From assembly GCF_035285525.1 (NCBI RefSeq), contig NZ_JAYKGW010000015.1:1-18150 (forward strand): a stretch of 18,150 nucleotides of DNA. The letters are read 5' to 3'. A program made the position numbers and the translations under genes. Shown here piece by piece: positions 6,822 to 15,052 of the stretch. The DNA comes from Okeania sp. (lineage in GTDB: Bacteria > Cyanobacteriota > Cyanobacteriia > Cyanobacteriales > Microcoleaceae). Position 1 is the stretch's first letter; the number at the start of each line of letters is the position of its first letter. The notes beneath the pieces are model-generated. The model worked only from the letters and a program-made list of their open reading frames with translations. It was not told where the DNA came from and searched no databases.

Positions 6822-9128
6822 ATGTCAAACCCACAAATCAAGCCCCACTATCGCATCGAAATTATCGAACCCAAACACGTTTACCTCCTGGGAGAAAATT
6901 CTACCGAGACCCTGACTGGAGAATTTTATTGTCAGCTCATTCCCCTATTAGATGGTCAACATACCTTTGAAGAAATCTGTCAAACGTTAGCAGAAATAGT
7001 AAACCCAGAAGATGTCGAATATCTTCTTAACCATCTCCAAACCAAAGGTTATTTAACCCAAGCAACCCCCGAACTATCCCCACCTGCTGCTGCATTTTGG
7101 TCATTACTCAACGTAGAACCTCAACTCGCTGCCGACTTTCTCCAAAAAATCACCGTTTATGTCGCCTCAGTGGGAGAAACAACCACAGATTTATTAATCG
7201 AAAGTTTGACCGCAGTAGGTATCAAAACTAAACTTTGGGAAGACTACCCACTCACGTCAGATCGCAACGCATTATTAGTTGTTCTCACCGATGACTACCT
7301 CCAACCACAACTGGCAGAAATCAATAAAGCTAACGTCTCAGCTAACCAACCTTGGTTATTAGCAAAACCAGTAGGCAGTTTGCTGTGGTTAGGTCCCATA
7401 TTTGCACCAGATATAGGATGTTGGGAATGTTTGAGTCAACGTTTGCGCGGACATCGAAAAGTAGAAGCTACGGTTTGGCGACAAAAACAAAAATCTATTG
7501 CTTCTAGTACGACCAAAAGAAAAGTTTCTGGATGTTTGCCTCCTCCTGCTGTTTTCCTCCCTTCAACTTTAGCAACTGCTATCAATCTCATCACCACGGA
7601 AGTTGCCAAATGGATAGTACAACAAAGTGGGGTGGAAATGCCCTACTTTACCACTCTTGCTGGCAAAGTAATTACTTTCAATCAAGCTAACCTAACCACA
7701 GAGACTCACTTTTTGAGTAAACGCCCCCAATGTCCAGCTTGTGGAAATCCCAAATTACTCCAAGAAATGTCTTTTTATCCTCTTACTCTCACCAGTCGGA
7801 AAAAGCATTTTACCACAGATGGCGGTCATCGCGCTGTTACTCCCGATCAAACAACCAAACGCTACGAAAAATTAATCAGTCCCATTACTGGAGTTGTCAG
7901 TGCATTAGTGCGAGTTTCCGAGCCTGAAAATCCTGTGGTTCATACTTACACTGCTATTCATGGTTTTGCTATAGCTAAAAATTTGGATGCTTTGCGTCCT
8001 TCCCTACGTCATCAAAGTGGAGGTAAAGGTAAAACTGATCGCCAATCTAGAGCTAGTGGTTTTTGTGAAGCGATCGAACGTTATTCGGGAATATTCCAGG
8101 GAGACGAACCTCGGAAAAAGTCAACTTTAGCTGATTTGGGAGATCGAGGTATTCATCCAGAAAAAATTCTGCATTTTAGTCTGACGCAGTATGCTAATCG
8201 GGAGAAATTGAATGCTAACTGTAAAGTAGAGCATGATTGGATTCCCCAACCTTTTGATGCCCGTCAAAAAATTGAATGGACTCCAGTGTGGTCGCTGACG
8301 GAGCAGAAACACAAATATTTGCCTACTGCTTTTTGTTATTATGGTTATAAATTGCCCAAAAAGCATAATTTTTGTGCAGGTGATTCCAATGGTAACGCTG
8401 CGGGAAATACCATAGAAGAAGCAATTTTGCAAGGATTTATGGAATTAGTGGAGCGCGACAGTGTAGCGATTTGGTGGTATAATAGTTTGCAGCGTCCGGG
8501 GGTAGATTTAGCCAGTTTTGACGATCGCTATTTATTAGAATTGCAAAAATTTTATCGAAAAAATCAGCGGGAGTTATGGGTGTTGGATTTAACTACAGAT
8601 TTAGGAATACCTGCTTTTACTGCCGTTTCCCGTCGAGTTGAAGGAGAATATGAGCGAATTATTTCTGGTTTTGGAGCGCATTTTGACCCCAAAATTGCCA
8701 TTCTGCGAGCAGTAACGGAACTCAATCAAATTGGATTGGGAATGGATCGGCAAGAGATTAGTCAGATGGAGGAAGGGATGCAAGAATGGATGATGACAGC
8801 AACTGTAGCAAGTCATCCTTATTTAGCTCCTCATCCAGAAATACCTGCTAAGGTTTATGGAGATTATCCGCAACTTTGGAGCGATGACATTTATAATGAT
8901 GTTTTGACTTGTGTGAAAATTGCTCAAGCAGCAGGAATGGAAACTTTGGTATTAGATCAGACTCGTCCGGATATTGGGTTAAAAGTAGTTAAGGTGATCG
9001 TGCCTGGGTTGCGTCATTTTTGGTCGCGGTTTGGCAAAGGAAGGCTGTATGATGTTCCGGTGAAAATGGCTTGGTTATCTGAAGCATTGTCAGAGGAGCA
9101 GATGAGTTCAATACCGATGGTGCTTTAA
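6822..9128 (+). CDS. PatD/TruD-type cyanobactin heterocyclase (fused E1-like/RRE leader-binding domain + YcaO cyclodehydratase domain)
   Basis: 768-aa ORF. N-terminus QIKPHYRIEIIEPKHVYLLGE..LTGEFYCQLIPLLDG, VVLTDDYLQP, QPWLLAKPVGSLLWLGPIF. Two CxxC pairs (C200/C203, C304/C307). YcaO motifs SGGKGKTDRQSRASGFCEAIERYSGIFQGDEPRK, DSNGNAAGNTIEEAILQGFMELVERDSVAIWWYN, VLDQTRPDIGLKVVKVIVPG, GRLYDVPVK. These match my memory of PatD/TruD/LynD along the whole length. Confidence 0.9.
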   Translation: MSNPQIKPHYRIEIIEPKHVYLLGENSTETLTGEFYCQLIPLLDGQHTFEEICQTLAEIVNPEDVEYLLNHLQTKGYLTQATPELSPPAAAFWSLLNVEPQLAADFLQKITVYVASVGETTTDLLIESLTAVGIKTKLWEDYPLTSDRNALLVVLTDDYLQPQLAEINKANVSANQPWLLAKPVGSLLWLGPIFAPDIGCWECLSQRLRGHRKVEATVWRQKQKSIASSTTKRKVSGCLPPPAVFLPSTLATAINLITTEVAKWIVQQSGVEMPYFTTLAGKVITFNQANLTTETHFLSKRPQCPACGNPKLLQEMSFYPLTLTSRKKHFTTDGGHRAVTPDQTTKRYEKLISPITGVVSALVRVSEPENPVVHTYTAIHGFAIAKNLDALRPSLRHQSGGKGKTDRQSRASGFCEAIERYSGIFQGDEPRKKSTLADLGDRGIHPEKILHFSLTQYANREKLNANCKVEHDWIPQPFDARQKIEWTPVWSLTEQKHKYLPTAFCYYGYKLPKKHNFCAGDSNGNAAGNTIEEAILQGFMELVERDSVAIWWYNSLQRPGVDLASFDDRYLLELQKFYRKNQRELWVLDLTTDLGIPAFTAVSRRVEGEYERIISGFGAHFDPKIAILRAVTELNQIGLGMDRQEISQMEEGMQEWMMTATVASHPYLAPHPEIPAKVYGDYPQLWSDDIYNDVLTCVKIAQAAGMETLVLDQTRPDIGLKVVKVIVPGLRHFWSRFGKGRLYDVPVKMAWLSEALSEEQMSSIPMVL

Positions 9129-9192
9129 GAAGGCAGAAGGAAAGAAAAGGTTAGAAGGGATAATTCTTGTGGGATGGGCATCCTACCAGTCC

Positions 9193-9287
9193 AAAAATAC
9201 AGCAGATTCCACTTTGGTGAGGTACACCTACCTACGCGAGCAAAAGGCACAGTTCCCGAAAAATAGCACTGAATCTGCTGTATTTTT
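9193..9287. repeat. 17-bp perfect inverted repeat (AAAAATACAGCAGATTC ... GAATCTGCTGTATTTTT) with a 61-nt loop between convergent genes
   Basis: Arms at 9193-9209 and 9271-9287. It is preceded by a GGGATGGGCATCCTACCAGTCC dispersed-repeat block (9171-9192), and the loop contains GGTGAGGTA (reverse complement of the TACCTCACC block). Confidence 0.8.
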
Positions 9288-9288
9288 G

Positions 9289-9807
9289 TTAAAAAACTTT
9301 ATAAATAACTGCTCCTGTTTCTGGGTGATTTTCCATTTCAACTAATCCCTGTAGATATAAACTTTTTAACAGTTCTTTCACTTCTGGTACAGTTTTATTT
9401 GTGGCAATAATACAATCTGCTATAGAAATTCCCTCTGGATGTTTCTTTGCCAATTCAAGAATAATTTGTGTGTCCGATTTGGGAGGATTTTTTTCTAAAA
9501 TCCTCTCTATTTGTTCCTGGGGTAAATAATTAAAAATATCCCCAGAATCTAATCGCTTCTTCAGCATTTTCAGATTTTTCTCTTCTACCATTCCAGGAAT
9601 AAAAAATAAATCAAAAAATTGACCTATCCCTAATAAACCTAAGGTACCTAACCAGATAGTGCCTGTGAAATATTTACCCGAATAAAATCTATGTAATCCA
9701 CAAATACCGAAAAAACTAGAACACCATAAAAGGTAAGCCATACCTGTATTTCTAGTTTCATCTATTTGACGTACTTTAGAATTATCAACAATTTTAGATT
9801 TGTTCAT
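9289..9807 (-). CDS. TM2 domain-containing membrane protein with a C-terminal soluble (winged-helix-like) domain
   Basis: 172-aa ORF. AYLLWCSSFFGICGLHRFYSGKYFTGTIWLGTLGLLGIGQFFDLFFIP is a typical two-helix TM2 domain. The assignment of the C-terminal ~90 aa is a guess. Confidence 0.75.
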   Translation of the reverse strand: MNKSKIVDNSKVRQIDETRNTGMAYLLWCSSFFGICGLHRFYSGKYFTGTIWLGTLGLLGIGQFFDLFFIPGMVEEKNLKMLKKRLDSGDIFNYLPQEQIERILEKNPPKSDTQIILELAKKHPEGISIADCIIATNKTVPEVKELLKSLYLQGLVEMENHPETGAVIYKVF

Positions 9808-9825
9808 TTTTTGAGTTCCTATTTC

Positions 9826-9860
9826 AATAATGGATAATTGATAATGGATAATTGATAATT
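9826..9860. repeat. Heptamer tandem repeat (AATAATG GATAATT GATAATG GATAATT GATAATT)
   Basis: 7-nt register read directly. It starts 19 nt upstream of the TM2 gene start codon (minus strand). Confidence 0.9.
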
Positions 9861-10104
9861 ACCTCTCCTTAAAAGGAAGAGTATTAAATAAAAGGAAAAA
9901 ATTTATTTTTCTTGGTCGATTAGAAATGGTTAGAGAACCCATCCATCTCACCCTACAGGAAGCTCCGCTTTTCATGTCTGCTCAAGGGCCGAAAAGACCG
10001 TTTTTTCCTTTTTAAAGGGGAAGCTTCAAGGCGCGAATTATTTCATTATTTACATTATTAATTCGGTAAATAAATATAAGATTCGATATAAATTTTCAAT
10101 TTTA

Positions 10105-11193
10105 CTAGCTGAACTTACAGACCAAACTAGCATCTATATTTTCTACCTTAGCACAACCACTCAATGCCATAGCCACATCTAATTCACTACTCAATAACTC
10201 CAACAAATGCCGCACTCCATTTTCTCCATCCACCGCTAACGCCCACAAAACCGGACGGCCAACTAAAACTGCTTTTGCTCCCAATGCCAAAGCTTTCAAA
10301 ATATCTGTACCTCTGCGAATCCCCCCATCCATCAACACATCCACCTTATTTCCTACTGCTGCCACTACCTCTGGAAGAGCATCAATAGTAGCGATCGCTC
10401 CATCTAACTGTCTACCACCATGATTAGAAACAATAATTCCTTTGGCTCCATGTTCAACTGCTCGAATAGCATCATCTCCCCGTAAAATTCCTTTCACTAC
10501 TATAGGTAATGATGTCAATGACTGCAACCATTCAATATCTTGCCAAGTCAGAGCTGAATCGAGTTGATGAGCAAAATAAGTAAATAATCCAGACTCATCT
10601 TCTGTTTCCGGAATTTCTAAATTTGCCATTGAGGCTAAATTAGCTAATTTCAGATTAGATGGTAAAGTAAATTTATTTTTTCGGTCTCGTTCCCTAACAC
10701 CTAAAATTGGTGCATCAGCTGTCACACATAATGCTTGATAACCTGCTGCTTCTGCTCTTTCAACTAAAGCACGAGTCAGGGAGCGATCGCGATGCACATA
10801 GAGTTGAAACCACAAACTTCTGGGTACATCGGCCGCTAATGCTACATCTTCTAAAGTTGTGTTTGACATGGTACTTAATACCATTGTTATGCCTAATTCT
10901 GCTGCTACTTTTGCTGTTGCTAATTCTCCTTCTGAATGCGCCAAACATTGAAATGCCATAGGAGCAATTAAAATCGGCATTTTGATTGGTTTCCCCAAAA
11001 TTTTGGTACTTAAATTTCGTTGACTAACATCCACTAACATTCGTGGTCTAAGTTTATATTTTGCATAAGCAGTACGATTATCTCGCAAAGTAATTTCATC
11101 CCAAGCACCACTAGCATAATAATCTAGTACGATTTGAGATAAATATTCTGGAGCTAAAGATTCATACTCAAACAGATTAATAGGTTTGTTCAT
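10105..11193 (-). CDS. FMN-dependent alpha-hydroxy-acid oxidase (L-lactate oxidase / glycolate oxidase family)
   Basis: 362-aa ORF with family motifs: PILIAPMAFQ, LSTMSNTTLEDV, WFQLYV, VTADAPILGVRERD, PIVVKGIL, IIVSNHGGRQLD, DGGIRRGTDILKALALGA. Confidence 0.9.
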   Translation of the reverse strand: MNKPINLFEYESLAPEYLSQIVLDYYASGAWDEITLRDNRTAYAKYKLRPRMLVDVSQRNLSTKILGKPIKMPILIAPMAFQCLAHSEGELATAKVAAELGITMVLSTMSNTTLEDVALAADVPRSLWFQLYVHRDRSLTRALVERAEAAGYQALCVTADAPILGVRERDRKNKFTLPSNLKLANLASMANLEIPETEDESGLFTYFAHQLDSALTWQDIEWLQSLTSLPIVVKGILRGDDAIRAVEHGAKGIIVSNHGGRQLDGAIATIDALPEVVAAVGNKVDVLMDGGIRRGTDILKALALGAKAVLVGRPVLWALAVDGENGVRHLLELLSSELDVAMALSGCAKVENIDASLVCKFS

Positions 11194-11281
11194 TAGATTG
11201 ATAAAATAAAATTATTTATCTTAAAAATACATCAAATCTTTTCCTTCTGCCTCCTACCTTCTGCCCCTCTTTCAAAGGGGG

Positions 11282-11302
11282 GATAACTGATAACTGATAA
11301 CT
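11282..11302. repeat. Heptamer tandem repeat GATAACT x3
   Basis: Read directly. It lies 19 nt downstream of the stop of the 200-aa gene (minus strand). Confidence 0.85.
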
Positions 11303-11320
11303 GAATTTGGCAAATCCTAA

Positions 11321-11923
11321 CTACTGACAATAAGATATGGCATAGAGAGCGATCGCTAAACTTAACCTTACTTGTTCAACTTCAGATAAATCATACCAAT
11401 CAGCAGATTCTATGGTTGCCAAAGTTTTTTCTACCGCATTATTTTTATCTCCACGCATGGAATAAGCAAGGGGACGCGCCATTACTTCTAAATCTTCTAA
11501 ATCCCAACCTGGTAAAACTTCATTAACACAATGTACTAATTGATCTGAGAGAGATAAAGTGGAACCTAAACGATTCACTTGCTCAACGATATTAATCGCA
11601 ATTTTCCCTAAGTTGTTAAGTAAATTATGGGGAGCAAGGCCGACAAATTTTTGATGTAAAGCATTCTGAGTATCAATAACTAACCAAAGTTTATCTGTGT
11701 GCCTATAAAAATTTTGGCAGGTGGAATTTATTTCCGCATCACTGAGTAAATTAGATAATGGTAGCTCTTGTTCGAGAGAATCAAAGTAAGAATCTGACTC
11801 TGGTGCTTGAGGATTCCAAGGATAAGTATTATCGTCTAAAACAATGGTACTTAAGAAGTCTAATTCTACCTCAGTAGAGGCATCATCAAGAGAAAGTTGA
11901 GAAGGAGAATGTTGATTATTCAT
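11321..11923 (-). CDS. Hypothetical protein, acidic N-terminal half, no family recognised
   Basis: 200-aa ORF with no competing frames and codon usage like its neighbours. Same strand as, and downstream of, the CHAT-FHA gene. I recognise no motifs. Confidence 0.6.
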   Translation of the reverse strand: MNNQHSPSQLSLDDASTEVELDFLSTIVLDDNTYPWNPQAPESDSYFDSLEQELPLSNLLSDAEINSTCQNFYRHTDKLWLVIDTQNALHQKFVGLAPHNLLNNLGKIAINIVEQVNRLGSTLSLSDQLVHCVNEVLPGWDLEDLEVMARPLAYSMRGDKNNAVEKTLATIESADWYDLSEVEQVRLSLAIALYAISYCQ

Positions 11924-12184
11924 AATTTTATTCCTAGTATATATTATTAATTAATAATGCATAATTAATAATGACAAATATCTCTAAATTAGAGTTTGCT
12001 GATTAAATATTAAAGGATTAACAAATATAAGGTTTCAGTAAATTTAAGTCCTCAAAAAGTACCAGCTTTTCGGTTAAAGTGAGCAGGAAAAGTGAGAATT
12101 TTGGGCTAACGCGAGTTAGAAACATTAAGGGACTATTTATTATCAACTACGAACTCTTCTATAACCCCCATTTCTTCACACTCT

Positions 12185-12222
12185 GTAAGGACGTTCGCAT
12201 TTTTGTCATGCAACGTCCCTAC
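12185..12222. repeat. Palindromic dispersed repeat (GTAAGGACGTTCGCAT-loop-ATGCAACGTCCCTAC), same family as 4704-4741 in inverse orientation
   Basis: Its reverse complement aligns with 4704-4741 with a few substitutions. Confidence 0.7.
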
Positions 12223-12266
12223 TCCCTATTTCCTACCTTGGCAAAAAGAGTTTTTCACCAAACCCT

Positions 12267-12301
12267 AATTATTAATTATTAATTATTAATTATTAATTAT
12301 C
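12267..12301. repeat. Heptamer tandem repeat AATTATT x5
   Basis: Read directly. It lies about 35 nt downstream of the CHAT-FHA stop codon (minus strand). Confidence 0.9.
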
Positions 12302-12336
12302 CACTATTTTACTACTTACTTAGCTACAGGAATAAC

Positions 12337-14034
12337 TTAGTTATTTCCGTAATCTACCTTTGATTGACTACTTATTTCTTCTGTTGTCTCAATCACAAAT
12401 TCAAAAGCTTGACCTTGAGAACTGCCAAATTTTAACAATGATCCTGAACTTATAGCCACCTCATCACGATGTATTCTTTGCCAATTATCAGACTGATAAA
12501 TTAAAGTACCAAAACGAGAAATGTCTCGTAAAAAATAAGTGGGTTCAACTTCTTCATTTGGTAAGTAACGACAAAAAATTTCTGCGTGTTTTTGGGAAAC
12601 CCACCGCTCCGGAATCTCTACATCATTTTCTGGAGAACGCCCCACTTTAATTGTCCCAAACCAAATTGGCCAAACTTGATTATGATCATTTCGAGAACGT
12701 AAAAAAGCTCTAAAAGTATAACTACCCATCCAAGTCGGAGAATTAGTAGGTAGTTGAGTTACTAATTCATCAAATACTTGTACTAATTGACCATTAAATT
12801 CTGGGTGCATATACAAAACTGGTAATGTCCAAGCTGGTTGATTAAATTTGTAGAGAGTTAATAATTGTTGTCTTGCTACTGTTACTGCTTGATCTATCAA
12901 CATTCCCTCTATCAAACTTTGAGCCAAAACTTGAATAAAACTTAAAGCTTCCCGATCAGCAATTTCATCTCGCATCCCCAAAACAGCAGGTACTCCATGA
13001 TGAATTAATACTTCTACTAGACTACTGCGTGGTATTACTTTTACTTCACCAGAAGATAGATTTTCTGTAACAGGTTGCGCTCCCCAGCAAGCATTGAATA
13101 CTGCTAGGGTTACTCCATTACGAACTAAAATTTGGGCTAACTCGGTACCATTAAGGGTGGTGTCAGGTGCTAAAAATAGGCAGCCTCCATCTGGACCTGG
13201 TTTACCGTGACCAGCATAGAATAGAACATTATATATTTTTTTATCTAAATAGGAAATTAATTCTTCTGGAGTGGGCTGAATTAGGGTATCAACTCTACAA
13301 GGAATAGTAGGATTAGGTTTAGGTGGATTAGGATTGGGGATATTTTGAGGTGTCAAAACCTCTATTAGTTGGGCTACCTCTTTTTCCAGTTTTAATTGGG
13401 ATTGATGGCCATTAGTTGTGAGGAATTGCCCTTTGGAGGTATTTTCCCCAATTACTAATAGAATATTCAGAAATTGGGAAGGTTGTTGATTTCGTAAGGG
13501 ATTAACATCACTGGTGGTACGACTGAACAAAATTTCCCGATTTAGAGAAAAGGCAGGTAAAGCGACTCCTGGTTGCATAATTTCCCAGGGTAGGGCAATT
13601 AATTCTGGTTCGCGAATATCTAATCTTACTCTTAAGGGCAGTTTTTGGCCAATGGCAATACCTTGACTTTGGTGTAAACTATCAGCGATTTCTCCTTGAA
13701 ATAGCCACTGCCAAATGCTGATGCCTAGATTTTGCATTAAGCGGGTGGTAATGTTGATTTTGACGCCAGATTCGGGGTCTGGATGAATATTTGTGGTAGA
13801 CTCTGAGTCAGGCTGAGCTGTACCAATAGGAATCGCAGGTAAATTTTCGGGAGAGAAGACTTCTAACCAAGTTTGCCAAGCTTGTGATAAGGTTTCTGGC
13901 CATACCTGGTCATGGTGGACATATCCCCGTTGCAAAGGAGCTTGCATTACCCAGGTGGCAAAATGATTAGTTTCTGGGATGTTCAGACGGGCGATCGCTA
14001 TACTTAAGCAGGGACTTTCTGGAGGGAAAGGCAT
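12337..14034 (-). CDS. CHAT-domain (caspase-like) protease fused to a C-terminal FHA phosphothreonine-binding domain
   Basis: 565-aa ORF. CHAT hallmarks: LPWEIM, VLFYAGHG (His276), AVFNACWG (Cys316), VLGMRDEI. FHA hallmarks at aa ~455-545: IKVGRSPENDVEIP..WVSQKHAEI....YFLRDISRFGTLI......I.....I..GSLLKFG. Confidence 0.85.
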   Translation of the reverse strand: MPFPPESPCLSIAIARLNIPETNHFATWVMQAPLQRGYVHHDQVWPETLSQAWQTWLEVFSPENLPAIPIGTAQPDSESTTNIHPDPESGVKINITTRLMQNLGISIWQWLFQGEIADSLHQSQGIAIGQKLPLRVRLDIREPELIALPWEIMQPGVALPAFSLNREILFSRTTSDVNPLRNQQPSQFLNILLVIGENTSKGQFLTTNGHQSQLKLEKEVAQLIEVLTPQNIPNPNPPKPNPTIPCRVDTLIQPTPEELISYLDKKIYNVLFYAGHGKPGPDGGCLFLAPDTTLNGTELAQILVRNGVTLAVFNACWGAQPVTENLSSGEVKVIPRSSLVEVLIHHGVPAVLGMRDEIADREALSFIQVLAQSLIEGMLIDQAVTVARQQLLTLYKFNQPAWTLPVLYMHPEFNGQLVQVFDELVTQLPTNSPTWMGSYTFRAFLRSRNDHNQVWPIWFGTIKVGRSPENDVEIPERWVSQKHAEIFCRYLPNEEVEPTYFLRDISRFGTLIYQSDNWQRIHRDEVAISSGSLLKFGSSQGQAFEFVIETTEEISSQSKVDYGNN

Positions 14035-14347
14035 TCAATTTTTTTATATTGTTATTATTATTATTCTTAATTTACTTGAATATATTTATATTTATGTGAG
14101 TTTATCTATCTTGAGGAAAGAGGAAGTAGGGAATAGTAGACCAACGCAAGTAAGATACTGGTACTGAGAAGGATTGAGCTATCCGTAATTTAAAGTTAAT
14201 GTAGGAGCGTTTTTGTATAGGGAATGCTCTACTTTCCATGTCGCGCAGCGAAAATGCCTATTCGCCACTACATTATTACTGTGATTAAAGAAAAGAAAAT
14301 TAGGTGATTTAGTTTTGTCTAGATATTTATTCATATTAGCTATTGGT

Positions 14348-15052
14348 AATTAATCTAAGGATATTACAGCAGTTTTGGCTTGTTATAAAGTAGATAATAC
14401 AGTTTTAGGCAATAGGCAAAAAAATATTCATTCTATCATTATTTTTCTCTCACGGAAAGTATAAGTAGTTTACTATATCTCATAAGAACGGGAAGCGCAA
14501 TTAGATAAATTTTCCTTCTTACTTCTTACTTCTTCCTTCTCTAACAAAAAATGTGGAATTTGAGAAAATATAATTGGTATTTTTTCCTACTTCTTACTTC
14601 TTAGTTCTTCCTTTTATAACAAAAAAATGTGGAATTTGAGAAAATATAGTTGGCATTATAAAAAATCTCAAAGTCCAGTTAGGAATTAATCTAAGGATAT
14701 TACAGCAGTTTCGGCGCGTTATGAGGTAGATAATATTCATAGTTTTAGGCAATAGACAAACAATATTCATTCCGTCATTCATTATTTTTCTTTTACGGAA
14801 AGCATAAGTATTTTACTATACCTCATAAGAACGGGAAGCACAATTGGATAATTTTTCCTTCTTACTTCTTACTTTTAACTTTGGAATTTTAACTTCCTAC
14901 TTCTTACTTTTAACTTTGGAATTTTAACTTTGGAATTTTAACTTCCTACTTCCTACTTCCTACTTCTTACTTCTTACTTTTAAATTTTGACTTCTCTAAC
15001 AACAAATGTGGAAATTGACAAAATATAATTGGCATTTTTTCCTATCCTTATT
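14348..15052 (+). repeat. Tandem duplication of the upstream region plus 5' end of the 660-aa membrane-protein gene (unit offset 336 bp; start-codon block present three times)
   Basis: 14348-14515 aligns with 14684-14852, with scattered substitutions and small indels. The block CTAACAAnAAATGTGGAAnTTGAnAAAATATAnTTGGnATT occurs with its ATG at 14551, 14627 and 15006. Heptamer tracts of different length separate the blocks. Confidence 0.9.

Noticed and set aside
7730-8816. ORFs 7730-7927(+), 8127-8432(-) and 8601-8816(-) inside the heterocyclase gene
   Set aside because: They lie in alternative or antisense frames of a strongly supported 768-aa CDS and have no recognisable motifs.
9861-10104. 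Possible structured ncRNA, riboswitch or terminator in the spacer between the oxidase and TM2 genes (short stems such as CTTTTC...GAAAAG and CGAATTA...TAATTCG)
   Set aside because: The stems are short (5-7 bp), AT-rich and imperfect, and there is no recognisable riboswitch consensus or U-tract. I cannot support a call from sequence alone.
10707-10961. ORFs 10707-10961(+) and 10760-10948(-) inside the hydroxy-acid oxidase gene
   Set aside because: They are antisense or out-of-frame shadows of a well-supported CDS with low-complexity translation.
12079-12282. 67-aa ORF between the 200-aa gene and the CHAT-FHA gene
   Set aside because: It runs through a palindromic dispersed repeat (12185-12222) into a heptamer array. 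It has no motifs and lies opposite to the flanking genes, so it is likely spurious.
981-14034. A single phospho-signalling system linking the Ser/Thr kinase-WD40 gene to the FHA domain of the CHAT protease
   Set aside because: The genes are about 9.5 kb apart on opposite strands, separated by unrelated housekeeping genes (trmB, lactate oxidase). The kinase may be inactive (GFG). Co-occurrence in a kinase-rich cyanobacterial genome is not evidence of coupling.
13979-14782. ORFs 13979-14167(+) and 14594-14782(-)
   Set aside because: The first overlaps the CHAT-FHA start in antisense and continues into AT-rich spacer. The second is antisense to the duplicated promoter/5' segment and heptamer tracts. 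Neither is credible as a coding region.
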